A stretch of 64,000 bases of DNA, from the NCBI RefSeq assembly GCF_006345805.1, contig NC_042997.1, positions 105,152,001-105,216,000 on the forward strand, in the 5' to 3' direction. The notes under the pieces were generated by a model that worked only from the letters and a program-made list of their open reading frames with translations, made no database searches and was not told the origin of the DNA. The translations under genes and the position numbers were made by a program. The stretch comes from Octopus sinensis. Lineage: Eukaryota. Positions 12,487 to 27,501 of the stretch are shown one piece after another (position 1 is the stretch's first letter; the number at the start of each line of letters is the position of its first letter).

Positions 12487-12959
12487 TTATAATTATATAT
12501 ATATATATGTGTGTGTGTGTGCGTGTGTGTTTTCATGTATATGTGGGTGTATGCGAGTGGGTGAGCATGTACGTACGTAGACATCTGTGTGTAGGACTTT
12601 GTCTCAGGGTGTGTCGGAATGTATCTTGATTTGTCAAGTTTACTGTTCAAGCAGGTGAGGAGGCGTTTACGATATTTAAAACAAATACACAAAGGAAGTT
12701 TCCTGCTGATATTTTTATGCTTCAATTACTTCTGAAAATATAAACTCGTAAATATATCGCGATGAGTGTTTTGGGTTTTTTTTTGTTTTTATTTATTTTA
12801 TAGCAATAAAATGCAGGACTATATTTTCTTTCGAGAAATATAGTCCACATTCTATCAACAATATAACTGATTTCGACTTCATAATAAAAGAATGTTATCC
12901 AAACGACTGTTATAATTAAAATTGGTTTTATATCATCTTCGTCCTTATAATCATCAACA

Positions 12960-12980
12960 TAAGCAGCAGCAGTAAGAGAG

Positions 12981-13011
<31 letters not shown>

Positions 13012-13187
13012 TAGTGGCGGAAGTGTGGTGGTGGTGGTGGTAGTTGTGGTGGTGGTAGTAATGGTGGTGGTAGTAGTAATAATGCTGGTCGTGGTATCAG
13101 TGATAGTGTTGGTGGTTTTGGTACTAGTAGCAGTAGTTGTAGTAGTAGTGAGGGTGGTGATGGTAGTAGTGGTAGTAGTGGTAGTGT

Positions 13188-13218
<31 letters not shown>

Positions 13219-13230
13219 GTGATGGTGGAT
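12960..13230. repeat. (GTA/GTG/GCA)n trinucleotide low-complexity tract
   Basis: Source of the poly-Val pseudo-ORF. Confidence 0.9.
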
Positions 13231-13438
13231 TAGTTTAGCATAAATTTATTTTAGAGAGTTGGAAAATGAAGCCTTGCTGTATTTGTCTTACCGATTTATA
13301 ATTCCAAATCCTGTTGTTTCACTTCTTTCTTTTTCATCACTCACTGATGGATAAAATAAAGTACTGACTGCGTAGTAGAGTTGATGATGTTGACTACTTC
13401 CCCTTTTCTTAAAATTACTGAACTTGTATGTTAATGAG

Positions 13439-13743
13439 TTGAGGCACAAGGCCTAGTGGCTAGAGCAGCGGATTCGCGGTCGAGAGATCGCGGATTCGAA
13501 TCTCAGACCTGACGATGTGTGTGCTTATGAGCGAAACACCTAAGCTCCACGCGGCTCCGGCAGAAGGTAATGGTGAACTTCTGTTGACACTTTCGCTACA
13601 ACATTCTCTCACTCTTTTCTCCTGCATCTTGCAGCTCACCAGCGACGGACCGGCGTCCCGTCCAGGTGAGGAACCTATACGCCAAGGAAACCGGCAAACC
13701 AGCCCTATGCTCCAAAAGGGACGAAAAGGATTAAGAAGAGGAG
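13439..13743 (+). mobile_element. tRNA-derived SINE, family D, with 10-bp TSD
   Basis: tRNA-like head (tagtggctagagcagcgg...ggattcgaatc); TGTTAATGAG at 13429-13438 and 13744-13753; second copy at 54864-55173. Confidence 0.85.
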
Positions 13744-14084
13744 TGTTAATGAGAAATAAATAAAATGGCAGCGACCAGATGTAATATATATCAATACTGA
13801 GATGTATTATATATATTAAACAGATTCTGCAGTTTATCAAACTTTACCGTTGTCAAATTTGCTCTAAGGGGTTGTTACCGAAAGGTAACAATTAGCAAGT
13901 CAGTTATGCGTTTTTGACTTTCAACTGTAAGTTACAGACAGCGTTCTTTACTTCCAGCACCAATGGTTCGTTGCATAAATTGGTCATATAATTATTTTAC
14001 TTTCTATTTAATGTTTCCAATAGTTCTTTCTACAAATCTTGAATTACCGCCCTGTATCAGTTAATTTATGGGCATTTCCAACCG

Positions 14085-14260
14085 CCCAGAGTATAACTTC
14101 CTTCAGACGCTGGTGTGGCAAGAAGCTTGTTTCACAACCACATGGTTCCTGGTTCAGTCCCAATGCGTGGCATCTTGAGCAAATGTCTTCTACTGTAGCC
14201 TCGGGCAGACCAAAGCCTAGTGAGTGGATTTAGGAGATTGGAAACTGAAAGAAGCCAGTC

Positions 14261-14262
<2 letters not shown>
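14085..14262 (+). mobile_element. SINE family B, head plus CORE-like domain
   Basis: ggttcctggttcagtccc B-box region; atcttgagcaaatgtcttct resembles the CORE gtgaccttgggcaagt. Confidence 0.8.
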
Positions 14263-14312
<50 letters not shown>

Positions 14313-14321
14313 TATATATAA

Positions 14322-14556
14322 TACAAAATGGGACAAGAACGCAAAACATCCGGACAACTAGGTGATACAAAAAGGGACAACAAAACATTCAGATGGACTA
14401 TACAAACAAAAAAAAAAACCAAAGACGAGTCATTCGAAGTTTTCTATCTTCAGCCAAGAACCGGATTATCCTCGCAATTTCGGCTGATTATTCTTGAGAT
14501 TGCTCTAATCTGGCCATCCCCAAGGAAAAACTAAGCTAAGAGCATTAGATTCCTTA
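14322..14556 (-). mobile_element. Short repeat-like insert between (TA)n arrays, possibly a Penelope-like terminal remnant
   Basis: Non-microsatellite island flanked by TA arrays; minus strand has ctgaaga followed by a degenerate tcgaa. Confidence 0.4.
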
Positions 14557-14563
14557 GAAGGAA

Positions 14564-14600
<37 letters not shown>

Positions 14601-15088
14601 TGTTTCTCTCCTTACTTAATACGTAGTTCAAATCAATTTATTTCAGAGCGGTGCCAAATTATGTATTATGAACAGCTTTGTAGTCACTAGCTCAGGAACG
14701 AAATTTGTGTAGGAGGGGCAGACCCAGGTCCAAAATTTTCTTGCAAATAAGGATATATTGTTTTTGTTTATTAATTTATTTTTGTTCTTTGTTCTTTCGG
14801 AAGAAACCTAAGTTCAGGCTACTTTTTACAGATCACATTTTATGCACTAAGTTCCAAATGTCATGGCTCAAATTTTTATTTTGCACACCCAAACGATTAT
14901 AGGAGGTGCTTAACACCCACTGCAACCTCTATTTCCAGGCCCATAATTATAGTCAATTGTAGAAATAAGCGGGGTGCCTTAATATTACCATGGCCCTTTA
15001 TTCATTGTTTTTACAAAATTCTCCCCATTTAATTTTGCGAGCATCATCCTAATCTTTCACCAACATTCTTCAGAGATTTTCGCTTCAC

Positions 15089-15171
<83 letters not shown>

Positions 15172-15285
15172 GAAGAAGAAGAAGAACAACAACAACAACA
15201 ACAACATCAACAATAATAATAATACAAATATCATCAATAATAGTGATGATGATGATTACTATTATTAATATTATTATCATTATTT
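15089..15285. repeat. (TAA)n/(GAA)n/(CAA)n microsatellite
   Basis: Tandem trinucleotides. Confidence 0.95.
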
Positions 15286-16258
15286 AACATTTAATCGTAT
15301 CGTAGATGTTATATATTTATTTGCTGCTCTTTTGAACGGCGTTGTGTTTGTGTATTACGTACCACGTAACTTATGATTTACTTCATGCGATTATATTTCT
15401 GGTTCCTGGCAAAATAATACAATTTAGGGAGAAAAATATGAATAAATAAATAAATAACAACTGAATAAATAGATAAATGTATCAATAAATAAAAAATATA
15501 TATATATAATATATATGATTGTATGTATAGACAAACAATCACGCACACATACTTATATATGCAGGTATATATATTCACAAACTCAAAGTGAGGGAGAGAA
15601 AGGAAGAAAGAAAGAGATAATAAGTTATTTTTATTTCAGATTAGATACTCTCACCTGCCTTCAGGATATTTTCCGACTGATCTGTATTAATTATCCACTC
15701 CCGAAAAATCAAAAGTCATAGATATACAAAGTAAAAATTTGAAGAAAAAAACTATAAATAGAGATAAAGTGATTTTTGATAGTCGTTTAATACTACACTT
15801 TGTTATATTTTCAATATTTGATAGTTGTTTCCGTTTGCTTCGTATATTATATATATTTTGTTTAGAATATTTTCAACCTTCCTACATAAACTCCCTCACT
15901 GTACCGTTATCAGCATTTGTTTAAGAATATTTCCTACATACTCGTACATAAAATAAATTCGATGCATAGATACATACGTACATACATACACACACATAAG
16001 TAGATATATATGTATATATATATTGTATATGTATATGTGTATATATTAATATATATGTATATATTTGTGTATATATATATATTCACACACATGTGCATCC
16101 ATACTTATATACACAGATATACATACAAAGTCATAAAGAGAAATAAACATATATAGCCATACATAAACGTATACATGCATGTATTATACGTGTATATAAT
16201 ATATTCTTATACATATAACATACAGAATTTAAAATTATATTTAAATTATATTATGTAT

Positions 16259-16297
<39 letters not shown>

Positions 16298-17159
16298 ATG
16301 TGTGTGTGTGTGTGTGTGCGTGTATATGTGTGTATGTGTGTGTATGTTTGTTTGTGTGTGTTTGTGTGTGTGTGTGTGTATGTATGTATATAATTATGTA
16401 TATGTTTATGTAAGTTTAAATGTATACTATGCTGTCAAAACACAGCTCCAGTACTATTTCATATTGAGACTTTGGTTCTGCAAGGCTATAATCGCCAGAC
16501 TGAACCCAATGCGCAGCTATAAGTTCATATACCTTCGGATATAGCGTCGAGGTGCCCACTATCATGAGATCAAGTGCAGCTCACACTGTCATACCGTTTA
16601 TGTAGCTTTATTTACGTTTATAGGTAACATCAACAAAGTAAGATAAATAACATTTAATATACACAAGATTTAAGTATGAGCTACTAAGAGTTAAAATTTT
16701 GTAGATTTATAAAACGTGCCTTGTTTCTCGAAGCAAAACTTCAATCTGAGAACACCCGGTTAGTTATATTTGAAACACAAGCCGCTGCTGTTTGAGAAAT
16801 CACGAGAAAACACGAGATGACGGTAGATGCTAAATGTGGAACGAGACTGAAAAAACATGAATAAAAACGGGAAAAGTAGAAAAGAAAAGTAAAAATATAT
16901 ATATATATATATTGCATCCACTTTGTCCGTCGAAATCATAATTAATCTAGCTGGTATAGAATAATTCAATACGGAAGAAGTTGGCCCCTTTTACAATCCG
17001 CACTCATATACGCACAAGGATTTCAAATCCCATGGTTGCCACACCAGTTTACTGAGATTATAAACAGTGTGGTGCCTTTCACAGTACAGTATTCATAAAC
17101 TTGTATCATTTGTATAAATGTACCAGTACCTGCCCATTGAATAAATTATTATTATTATT

Positions 17160-17388
17160 ATTTTATCTTTTACTTGTTTCAGTCAATTAAAGCGGCAATA
17201 CTGGGGAGTCGATTTGAAGGGGTTTTTTTCTGCTTTTAGTCGAACAGATCGATCCTGGACCTTTTTTTAAAGTCTGGTACCTATTCTATCGGTTTCTTTT
17301 GCCGAACCGCTATGTTACAGAGACGTAAGTAAACTTCCATCGCTTTTCAAGAAGTAGTGGGGGACAAACAGAGACCCAAACACACACA

Positions 17389-17427
<39 letters not shown>

Positions 17428-17605
17428 TGTATATATATATGACAGGCTTCTTTCAGTTTCTGTCTAACAAATAACTCACTCATCAGGTTTTGGTCGGCCT
17501 GAGTTTATACTAGAAGAAACCTACACAAGGTACCACGCAGTGGGACTGAACCTGGAGCCAAGTTGTTTGGAGGCAAGCATCCTACTACACACCATGTCTG
17601 CGCCT
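17160..17605 (-). mobile_element. SINE family B, near full length, with internal (CA)/(TA) tract
   Basis: Head, CORE-like domain, internal microsatellite and tail are colinear with 30505-30916. Confidence 0.85.
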
Positions 17606-17622
17606 CCATATACCCAAGTGAA

Positions 17623-18033
17623 TTAGTTAGTTAGTTAGTTAGTTAATTTGGCTCAAAAGCAAATAGCAAGGCCATGTAGGGGGACATGGAGTTAAGTACA
17701 GGGTGGTGTTCATGTAAAGAGTTCAGGCCACTTGAGGTCAAGGGAGGCTTTGAACAAAGCGGTCGTCGGCATCTTCACCATCTCGTCTGGCAGCTTGTTC
17801 CACGGATCCGCAACCCGGACGGAGAAAGCTCCTCTCCTTCGATTGAGATGAAATCGTCGTAGGTAGAGCTTTTCGGAATGACCCCGCAGCCGACGCTCTG
17901 GAGCAGGAGTGAAGAACAGCTCTTTCGAGAGGTTACGCTTTCCGCTTATGATGTTGTGGGCGAGAATGAGATCACCACGGCGGCGGCGTTTTTCAAGAGA
18001 ATAAAGGTCGAGCGTCCTCAGCCTTTCTTCGTA
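17623..18033 (-). mobile_element. CR1-like LINE 3' fragment with (TAAC)n tail
   Basis: YEERLRTLDLYSLEKRRRRGDLILAHNII..FSVRVADPWNKLP..KWPELFT*; near-identical to 49503-50048. Confidence 0.9.
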
Positions 18034-18283
18034 TTATTTAAATGTTTAATGTAGAGGGTGATCAACTCTAATTCGGAAAATTTAGTTCACCGGAATGGTT
18101 TTGGAATCGAACGTTCCAGAAAATTCCATGTTGTACCACTAGGTATATATATTTGTGCGAGCTTGTGCGTGTGCGTGTGTGTGTGTGTGTGTGTCTATGT
18201 GTGCGTATGTGGAATTGTTTACTTATATATAAAGATGTAACGTATACTCATATATAAACATATAGACACACACACGCACACAT

Positions 18284-18655
<372 letters not shown>

Positions 18656-19218
18656 ACATATATTGGAGCTGTATGCGTATGTGTATGTCAATATGTATGC
18701 ATATGCATTTCCGTCATTCTGTTGTGTAAACTTTATGTATCATTTCATTAATATAATTGTTATTTCAAACTTTATTGAGCTTGATTTCACTGTAGATATC
18801 TATTAACTCGAGGCTAGTTTCTCAATTTCTTTTGTATTCTAAAAGATGTTGAAACCGTTATAGTTATTGTTGTTTATTTACTATTAATATTATCGTCATC
18901 ATTCACAAATGCATCCTTATTGTTATATACATTTATTTAATCCCTGAAGCTACATTATCATTTCTTTCCAATTAAATATGCACCACATACATATATTTAC
19001 ACATACATACAGACACATGCACAGATATTTATATGCACGCATACGTAAACACACTCACACACAATCACACACTCACACACAAACAAGTGCACAAATACAC
19101 ACATGCACTTACAAATATGTAGTTCACACCACGCATTGAGAAATCTTCGTGCACCTGTTCACTTGAAAATATATCTATTCAGAATGAGGTATAGATAGAT
19201 AGAGAGAGAGAGAGAGAG

Positions 19219-19272
<54 letters not shown>

Positions 19273-19559
19273 GGAGAAGTGTAGGAAGAGTAAAAAATAA
19301 AATAAAGGAAACTGGAAAGAATCCATGTAAATTCATCTTTCAAATATGTTGTTTACCTTGAAGATTTAAATTAAGACCCTGGTAACAATGAAACGTATAC
19401 GAGCTAATATAGAATATCTGTAACACCTACCTTGCAAGTGTTTTAAAATCCACACATATATTAATTTGAACTTTGAATTCTATAAGTTATACACACACAC
19501 AGACACACACACACACTCACACACACACATATCATATACGATGCAAAAGCTATAACGTT

Positions 19560-19740
19560 AATATGAGGAAAATAAAACAAGAAAAAATACAAAGCGCTTC
19601 AGCTTAGAGCTCAGGAAATGGTGGATGAAAAAGAAGGAAATGTCTTTTATGTTTCGAGTATTCACTCCACTTCAGAAAGAAAGGATAGGTAGCAAAAGAA
19701 AAGAAATGGAGAAAGCGAACGGAGAAAAGTAACACACCTG
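19560..19740 (-). mobile_element. Degenerate copy of the hammerhead-bearing short element family H2
   Basis: Minus 19643-19680: UCUUU-CUGAAGU-G-GAGU gaau ACUC-GAAACAUA-AAAGA; colinear with 32196-32350 and 44480-44605. Confidence 0.55.
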
Positions 19741-19794
19741 CATACTACGTCACGAGAGTGAATGAAAGAGGGTAATATGCGTATATACATACAT

Positions 19795-20005
19795 ATTGTT
19801 TTTTCTTTTATTCTTTTACTTGTTTCAGTCATATGACTGCGGACATGCCGGAACACCGCCCTAAAGAGTTTTAATGAAACAAATCGACCCCAGTGGCATA
19901 TTTTAAAGCCTACTACATATTCTATCACTCTTTTTTGCTGAACCTCTACTTCTTTCTATGTCCATCTACTATACTCATTCACAAGGCCTTGGTCGGTCCG
20001 AAGCT
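19795..20005 (-). mobile_element. SINE family B fragments (tail plus part of CORE-like domain)
   Basis: ttacttgtttcagtcat..gactgcgg..atcgacccc..acaaggccttggtcggtccga. Confidence 0.75.
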
Positions 20006-20848
20006 TTAGTATAATACAGTAGAACTATACGTATAAATCTTAATATATATATATATATATAGGGAGAGAAACACACACAATTACAATTACATATATTAAT
20101 AAATATTCTATGTTAGTATATTTATAAATATTTGTATATATTTTGGCGTGTGTGTGTGTGTACGTGCGGGCGTGTTTGTGTCCGTATGTGTGTATTTACA
20201 ACCTAGATACGTCAGACATCCACCTATCTTTATATTAACTGCCAAACCCTTTATCGACAGCACTTTCCTGAACAACCAGAACTCTAATTAGGCTATCTAG
20301 TTTTGATATAATGGACATATCTAGCCGCCCTATTCGTCGTATTGAGTATATAACACTTATTGCCTGTGTAATCTAAAATGTATTTCAAAGTACTTTATAA
20401 TTGCTACTTTACTATGCGTATGTGTATGCTTGAGTGATTCGTTCCATGCTATAATTTACATATCAAGTAAGCAATATGGGCAAGAATTTCATTTCACCGT
20501 CATAGAGGTTTTGTTTCGTTTCCATTGAAACAAATTATTTCCCTTCTAACCATGCCTTGTAATTGGAATATCATAATCTGCAAAGAGCATCGAAGGTATT
20601 TCACCTATTTTCTATGGCAGATATAACCCGCCATCCGTTTTAATCTTAATATTGGGTGGATACGGATAACATCTTAAAAGCAATAGGATCATAATCGGAG
20701 TCATTGCTTTCTCACCACATGTAACTGAAGTCCTGCGAAATTTATTTTTTGATGCTGTCTCTTGACTAAATAACAATAATTTCACGAAATTAGTTAAGGA
20801 ATTTGTGTCTGGAAAGCCACTTTTAGTCATGATGTGAACTTCGAAATA

Positions 20849-21020
20849 TGTGATGGGGTGTTGAAAGTTCCTGGCTTTAAGGTTATCGTGAACGGCCAGG
20901 TTGAAGGACTGTTGCAATAAGTGTGTGAATCTGAGGGGGATATGTTGAATAAAATCATAATTAACTGATCCACTTGCACTTTCTTTTATCTAAAGCCAGG
21001 GCCTTTTCATTACCCCTTCA
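20849..21020 (+). mobile_element. mariner-derived MITE
   Basis: Imperfect TIRs (tgtgatggggtgttgaaagttcctggcttta / taaagccagggccttttcattaccccttca), TA on both flanks, residual transposase end NKCVNLRG.YVE*. Confidence 0.8.
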
Positions 21021-21286
21021 TATTTTCATTAGCTTTTTTTCTATGTAACATGGTCTTTACAGCTGTATTTCCGAAGTAACTTTTCAGTTTTTTAAATTAT
21101 TACTCTTAAGAAGATATTAAGAAATTATTTCTCTTAAGAAAATATTTTGCAGCCAGAACGCTATGTATAATATTCACTGCGTTATTTTACATCGTTAATT
21201 GTAAGGTCCTAGTGTTGTTGACCTATAAAAATATATGTTCTGGATGACATTTGATATTTTTCCTTTAATTATCAATATATATCGAC

Positions 21287-21505
21287 TAAGGCGGCGATCT
21301 GGCAGAACCGTTAGCACGGCGGGAGAAATGCTTAGCGGTATTTCGTCTATCTTCGTTCTCTGAGTTCAAATGGCACCAGGGTCGACTTTGCGTTCCAGGC
21401 TTCCGGGTTCGACAAATTAAGTACCAGTTATGCACTGGGGCCGATGTAATTTATTGGACCCCTCCCACAAAAGTTCAGGCCTTGTGCCTAAAATAGAAAG
21501 GATTA
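21287..21505 (+). mobile_element. SINE family A, tail type 2
   Basis: taaggcggcgatctggcagaaccgttagcac..gagttcaaat..; tail cccctcccacaaaagttcaggccttgtgcct. Confidence 0.9.
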
Positions 21506-22924
21506 TTTATATAGAGACTCATAAGTTCGCACTATATTATGTTTCCTTACAGGACTCATTAACTGTGTTACTTTTTCAGCGTTAAACAAGAGGTTGTCGG
21601 GCTTTCAGATCAGTAAATTTGTGATCATCTCAAGCAGTATTTGTTATCAGCGAATCCCACAAAAGAGGTGTGGATGTTCGCTAGACTGAAACATGAACAA
21701 AGACATTGCAATGTTTATAAAGATTTAGAGACATTTTAAAGTTTTTAAAACTTGTTCAACAGCCGGGTGAAGAAACAAGAATTATACAGATGCGAAATCT
21801 ATTGTATCATCTTACTAATAAACGAGTTGAACCCAACGTCTCACTATTTTATTTGGTGAGGGATGCTGGTGTTCATATTTGTGAGTCCTACAACCATTGA
21901 TCTACATTATACTATTATACACCCTCAATAGCTATTTGCCCTTTTATATCTATTTTACCCCAGCATTAGTTTCATGGCTTAGTTGATGAAATTCCGAGCT
22001 AATATTCTGAGCATATTTCATGGCGTCATTCTTAAATATCTCTCTACCTTTTAGTTTCATTGCTGCAGGCAGTAAATTTTCATAAGAGTTTGTGTAATGT
22101 TGCATATTAGTAATCTTTCTAAACTTCCCCCAACACTCAGTTCTCTCTTCTGCCATTTTCTTATGCTATAATCATACTGAACACAGAAGATTTATTTGTT
22201 GTATTGTATCTTATGGAAATCTTTGTTTATAAATCTTGACATACTCATAACATAATTAAAGACAGTATATCTTAACTGGAAGTCGATTTAAAACTGAAGA
22301 AAAACTTTAAGATAACAAATAAATCGAAAGAAATAATTCAATATGATAAGCTTTCTAACAATAAGGGCCTTTCTCATCTTCAAATCGTATTTTATTTTGA
22401 ATATAATTACCGTTGAAATTGCAATAGGGAAAATGGTGTTACTACGATGTGTCAAAAAAGTTAAACTAAAATAGAATACAATAAAATAATTGAAAGAAAA
22501 TATTACTGTGCAACTTAAATACACTTTCAAACTAAACTCCCAATGCATATGTATGCACATGACAAAGCCACAGAAATCTATGCAATCAAACAAACATTAA
22601 AAAGAATAATAATAGTAAATATTTTTAAAAGAAATATGAAAATATAAACTTTGAAAATTCAATATAATTTCTGTAAAGAAACAAATACAAATTAATTATA
22701 AAAACCAAACACATACACGAACAATAACAATCCAACTTAATTATTCTCACCCCACATACAATAACGTTATAATATTGATCTGAAATTTAACATTAAAAGT
22801 AATTACGGCGATGTTATGGTTCAGAGTCTATTTCGCTTTTTTTACTATTATCACCTAAACACTTATGATTTCATTTTATCATTTTAATTTTCTCTTCTGT
22901 TTCTTCTTCTCTTTGTTCATCTTC

Positions 22925-22960
22925 ACAACAACAACAACAATAATAATAATAATAATAATA

Positions 22961-22995
<35 letters not shown>

Positions 22996-23050
22996 TAATA
23001 TAATAATAATAATATTGATGATGATGATAATAATGATAATAATATTGATG

Positions 23051-23105
<55 letters not shown>

Positions 23106-23152
23106 TAATAATGATAACAATAATAATACTAATAATAGTCATCATCATCATC
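22925..23152. repeat. (TAA)n/(TGA)n microsatellite
   Basis: Tandem trinucleotides. Confidence 0.95.
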
Positions 23153-23369
23153 GTCATACCTTAAAAAAGTATTTCATAAAATTATCCAATTATTTAAAAA
23201 GAAGTAATCAGCAAATGCGTGGAGAAAAATCCAACATGCATAACTGTGTGTGTGCGTGTGTGTGTGAGTGTGCATGCATGTATGAACGGATGGCAAGATG
23301 GATGCGTGGGTCTATTTTTGTGTGTATATGCGTAAGTAAATCTATATATGAATGTAAATGCATGTAGTT

Positions 23370-23506
23370 TAAGTGCATTACCAATATATATATACGCACA
23401 CCAATCGTTATAATTATATATATACATACATGCATACATACGCACACAAACATACACACACACACATAAACACACAGACGAAGACACACATACATATGTG
23501 TGTGTA

Positions 23507-23556
<50 letters not shown>

Positions 23557-23860
23557 CTTATGCCTACACAGACTTATATACATATGTACATACACAGATG
23601 CATACATAAGCACATATACACACACTGCACACTCATACATATTCATATGCATATATATATACATATATATATATTTATATACGTATATATATGTATATAT
23701 GTATTTATGTATGTATTTATTTTATATATGTGATATATAATATTATATATATATATATAGATATATATAATATATAGATATATATATATAATAAACATAT
23801 AGAATATATATATATATATATATATTCATGCATACATTCATGCATACATACATGCATACA
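23370..23860. repeat. Compound (TA)n/(CA)n low-complexity region
   Basis: Seen directly in the sequence. Confidence 0.9.
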
Positions 23861-24223
23861 TGAATTACACCAATGTAAGGTGTTATGTTATGAAGGGAAA
23901 GCTTTTTGTTCATGAAATTGAAATTATAATTTTATACGCTATCAAGCTCCTTTCTATTACACTCTGGCTAGTTTCTTTTGCTATACTTGCTATCTTTACA
24001 AGTGACACCTATTCATTTCTTCTAACAGCTTTATTTTTTAATCTTTTTACTTCTTCATCTCTCTCTCTGTTCTGTTTTTTTCTTCATGTGTGAGAGAATA
24101 ATTCTTTATGTTGTATTAATCTTTCTGTGGTACGTTTATTGTTTCTGTCTTTGTTCTACTTTTCTTGTGCGCCATTTTATATATGTGATTCGCTCTATGT
24201 AATAAGTATTCTCTCTCTATATA

Positions 24224-24256
<33 letters not shown>

Positions 24257-25018
24257 ACATGTATGTATGATGTATGTATGTATGTATGTATGTATGTATG
24301 TATGTATGTATGTATGTATGTATAATTTCAAGATATAAATATGTGCCTTTTATTTTTCTTTCCCCTTTTATCGTTCTTGATTATGTGTTATATATATATA
24401 TATATATATATACATGTGTGCGTGTGTATGTGTATATAATTCATTATACTATCGTTGAATACAAAGTTATTTATCACAAACATATATAAAAAAGACAAAC
24501 GTTATTAAGGTATATTTGTCGATCAAATTCTTTTTATTAAAAAGAGAAATAAAAATATTAATGAAAAGTTTACCTGATCGAAAAACGAGAAATCAATAAA
24601 GTAATTTTCCTCAGGGACAATAATAAAATAAAGTAAAATAAAATAAATAAACTCATTCATAAAAAAAAAAAACTGAAAACAGAACGATAATATAAATACA
24701 AGAAAATAGATGGTATTTAGATGTAAATAAAACATGAATGGGAATAAAATAGGAAAAGGAAACAAAGTGAAGGGAAAAGAAATGGAAGATAAAGTGGATT
24801 CGTATTGAAAATATCTATGATTGTTTTTTAAGGCAAGCGATTATAATAAGAGAACGGGAATCAATAACACGTTGCAATGTTAGTGTACAGCATGTGTACA
24901 ATATCCTCACGTTTAAACAATCGTGTTAAATGAAAGCAATAAATAAGTGTACTGTATATTGTATATATATATATGCATATATATCTAAATCTATATTTTA
25001 TATTCAATATATATATAT

Positions 25019-25050
<32 letters not shown>

Positions 25051-27346
25051 ATACATATATATATTATATATAATACATATCTCTAAATCTAATTATATTT
25101 TATTGTTTCATATATATATATGTATATAATGTAGGTATGTAGATACATATATATATGTATATATATATATATTATGTGTGTGGTGTGTGTGTGTGTTTAC
25201 ATATGTGTGTGTGCGTGTGCGTATGTATAAACGTATATACATATGTATACATATATATTCTTCTATATGTATATTTTACATGTGTGTGTGTATGTGTCTG
25301 TGTATGTATGCCTGTATGTATGTATGAATATATATACCTATATATATATATATATATATAATGCACGTGCATATGAAGAAATATTTAAGTAAATATTAAT
25401 ATGTGCGTGTGAATGTGTGTGCTTACTTGTATGTGTAAGTTTATAATTGTGTAGCTGTATTTTCATCTTTAAATATAATACGTACAAATGTATTTATGTT
25501 CATAAATTGAATGGACACAAAGTTTCAGAGAAGGAATATTATGGTAGCCAGTTAGCTACTTAGAGGCGTACACGAATGCACACACGCACACAAATATAAA
25601 CACACACATACACACACGTGCACACACACAGGTGCACTCACACATATAAAGAGAGAGAGAAGGCGAGAGAGAGAGAGACAATGAATTGTATTATTCACTA
25701 ACCAAGTAGCCAAGGGAATGTATTCCTTATACTATTAAAAGCTAACGTTCACCTATTCAAGTAGATATTTGAAATGTCTTGGTTTGGGGATATAACAGTG
25801 GTTATATGTTAACTATTATCATAACCTCGGTGCAACCAAATCTTTGTTGTGGAATTTATCTTCACAAAATCTATGCAGAACTGCACTGGGTACACCATGT
25901 TTGTCTTTCTGTGAGTTCGTCCGGTTTCAAGCTTCTACGTAAATGTTGAGTCACTCTAGGCCGAGTTCACTCTCTCGTAAATATTCAGACTAGTTTTCAA
26001 ATACAATGAGAAATTATGAATCCATTATATCCTCCAATAGCTTTTGCAACTCTGTAAACGAGTCTTTGGACACTGGTTTTCACGTCTGATTAATTCATAA
26101 AATAAGTTGATACCTAGTGGTAGATATGCAGATGGGTTAATATGTAGATAGTTTTCCTCATTCTTTACCTCCTGAAAAAGCAGATTATTGTAGATTGAAT
26201 TCCAAGAATCTTCTGAATGTTTCTGTGAAATATTAAAAAATGTGCAACGCGAACTTATTTAATCAAACACTTTAAGTGCTTCTACAGTGTTATCAACATT
26301 TTTCACCCCCATAAAGAGATAGAATTTGAGCGTTCCTATTACTCCAGAGTTCCTTAGGGAAAATTGATATAAACCTACAACTCATACTGTATCTTGACCT
26401 ATATCCAACGAAATTGTTTTCAAGGTCAGGCTAGGTGAATTAATATTTTTTGAGATGTTTTTTTTTATAAATCAGAGTTTTTTAAGGAATAAAAGTTAAA
26501 TATAACTGTAATATTATTGGAGATCGATGACACTCGTACTGCATTTGATTGTGGAAACATGTATGAATAATCTGTTGTATTCTGGATGCATTTAAGGTAA
26601 AGTGACTGAATATTAACTCAGTCTTCGTCTATCAATTCAGATGGGAGCACATTAACTCTGCGAGCTACCATTAACTGCGACCTACCAAAATACTCAACAA
26701 TAGTACGATATCTGTACAGTTAAGGGTAAAAAATATATGCCGTATCAAAAATAGTACCTCTAAACGGCTACTTGATTCAAGTTAATTGAAATTATGTTCT
26801 TGTCCCATAAGCAACACTCTTTGAAAGCTGGATTGGCATTATATCGAGTCTACAATTTAAGATTCTATGTAAAATATTATATGATTATGTAAAAATCAAT
26901 AACGCAGTAGAAATTATGATGAAATTTTATGAAAACGTTTTGAACAGATCGCATATTAACGTAGACACGGAGAGAAAGCTTGACATTATAAACTTAGCGA
27001 TTCAGTTTGCCTTTGATATTTCATCTGTGAGATCATGACTATATTTTCGACGGAATGGTTTATAAATGAATATGCAAAGATTCATTCTCAAAGCAAATGT
27101 TTTCAGTGTGCTTACAACTTTCTAACAAAACAAGAAACTTCCGCTTTGATGTACATCAATATTGAAAGAGGAAGTGAGCTGGATTGATGCGCTACTAACT
27201 CCCACCATTAACTTTGAGTGATTTGCATATTTCCCGATTTTGGCTGTCGTTAACCAACAGAATAATAATGAGCAAACGAACTTAATATTGCTTTATATTT
27301 CCTTCAGCAGCATTTTAGAAATGCAAAGGAATATACTATTGTGGTT

Positions 27347-27446
27347 NNNNNNNNNNNNNNNNNNNNNNNNNNNNNNNNNNNNNNNNNNNNNNNNNNNNNN
27401 NNNNNNNNNNNNNNNNNNNNNNNNNNNNNNNNNNNNNNNNNNNNNN
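27347..27446. other. Assembly gap (100 N)
   Basis: Exactly 100 N, the usual placeholder for a gap of unknown size; followed by an (AGAT)n array. Confidence 0.98.
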
Positions 27447-27465
27447 TAGATCGATAAATAGATAG

Positions 27466-27501
<36 letters not shown>

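Noticed and set aside
13439-13520. tRNA gene calls for SINE heads (also 30505, 54864, 57200 and the weak head at 48370-48450)
   Set aside because: A/B-box-like motifs are present but continue into SINE bodies and do not form complete cloverleaves.
17623-17645. (TTAG)n as a telomere-like repeat (also 49503)
   Set aside because: It is the (TAAC)n tail of the CR1-like LINE, attached to the same 3' UTR in both copies.
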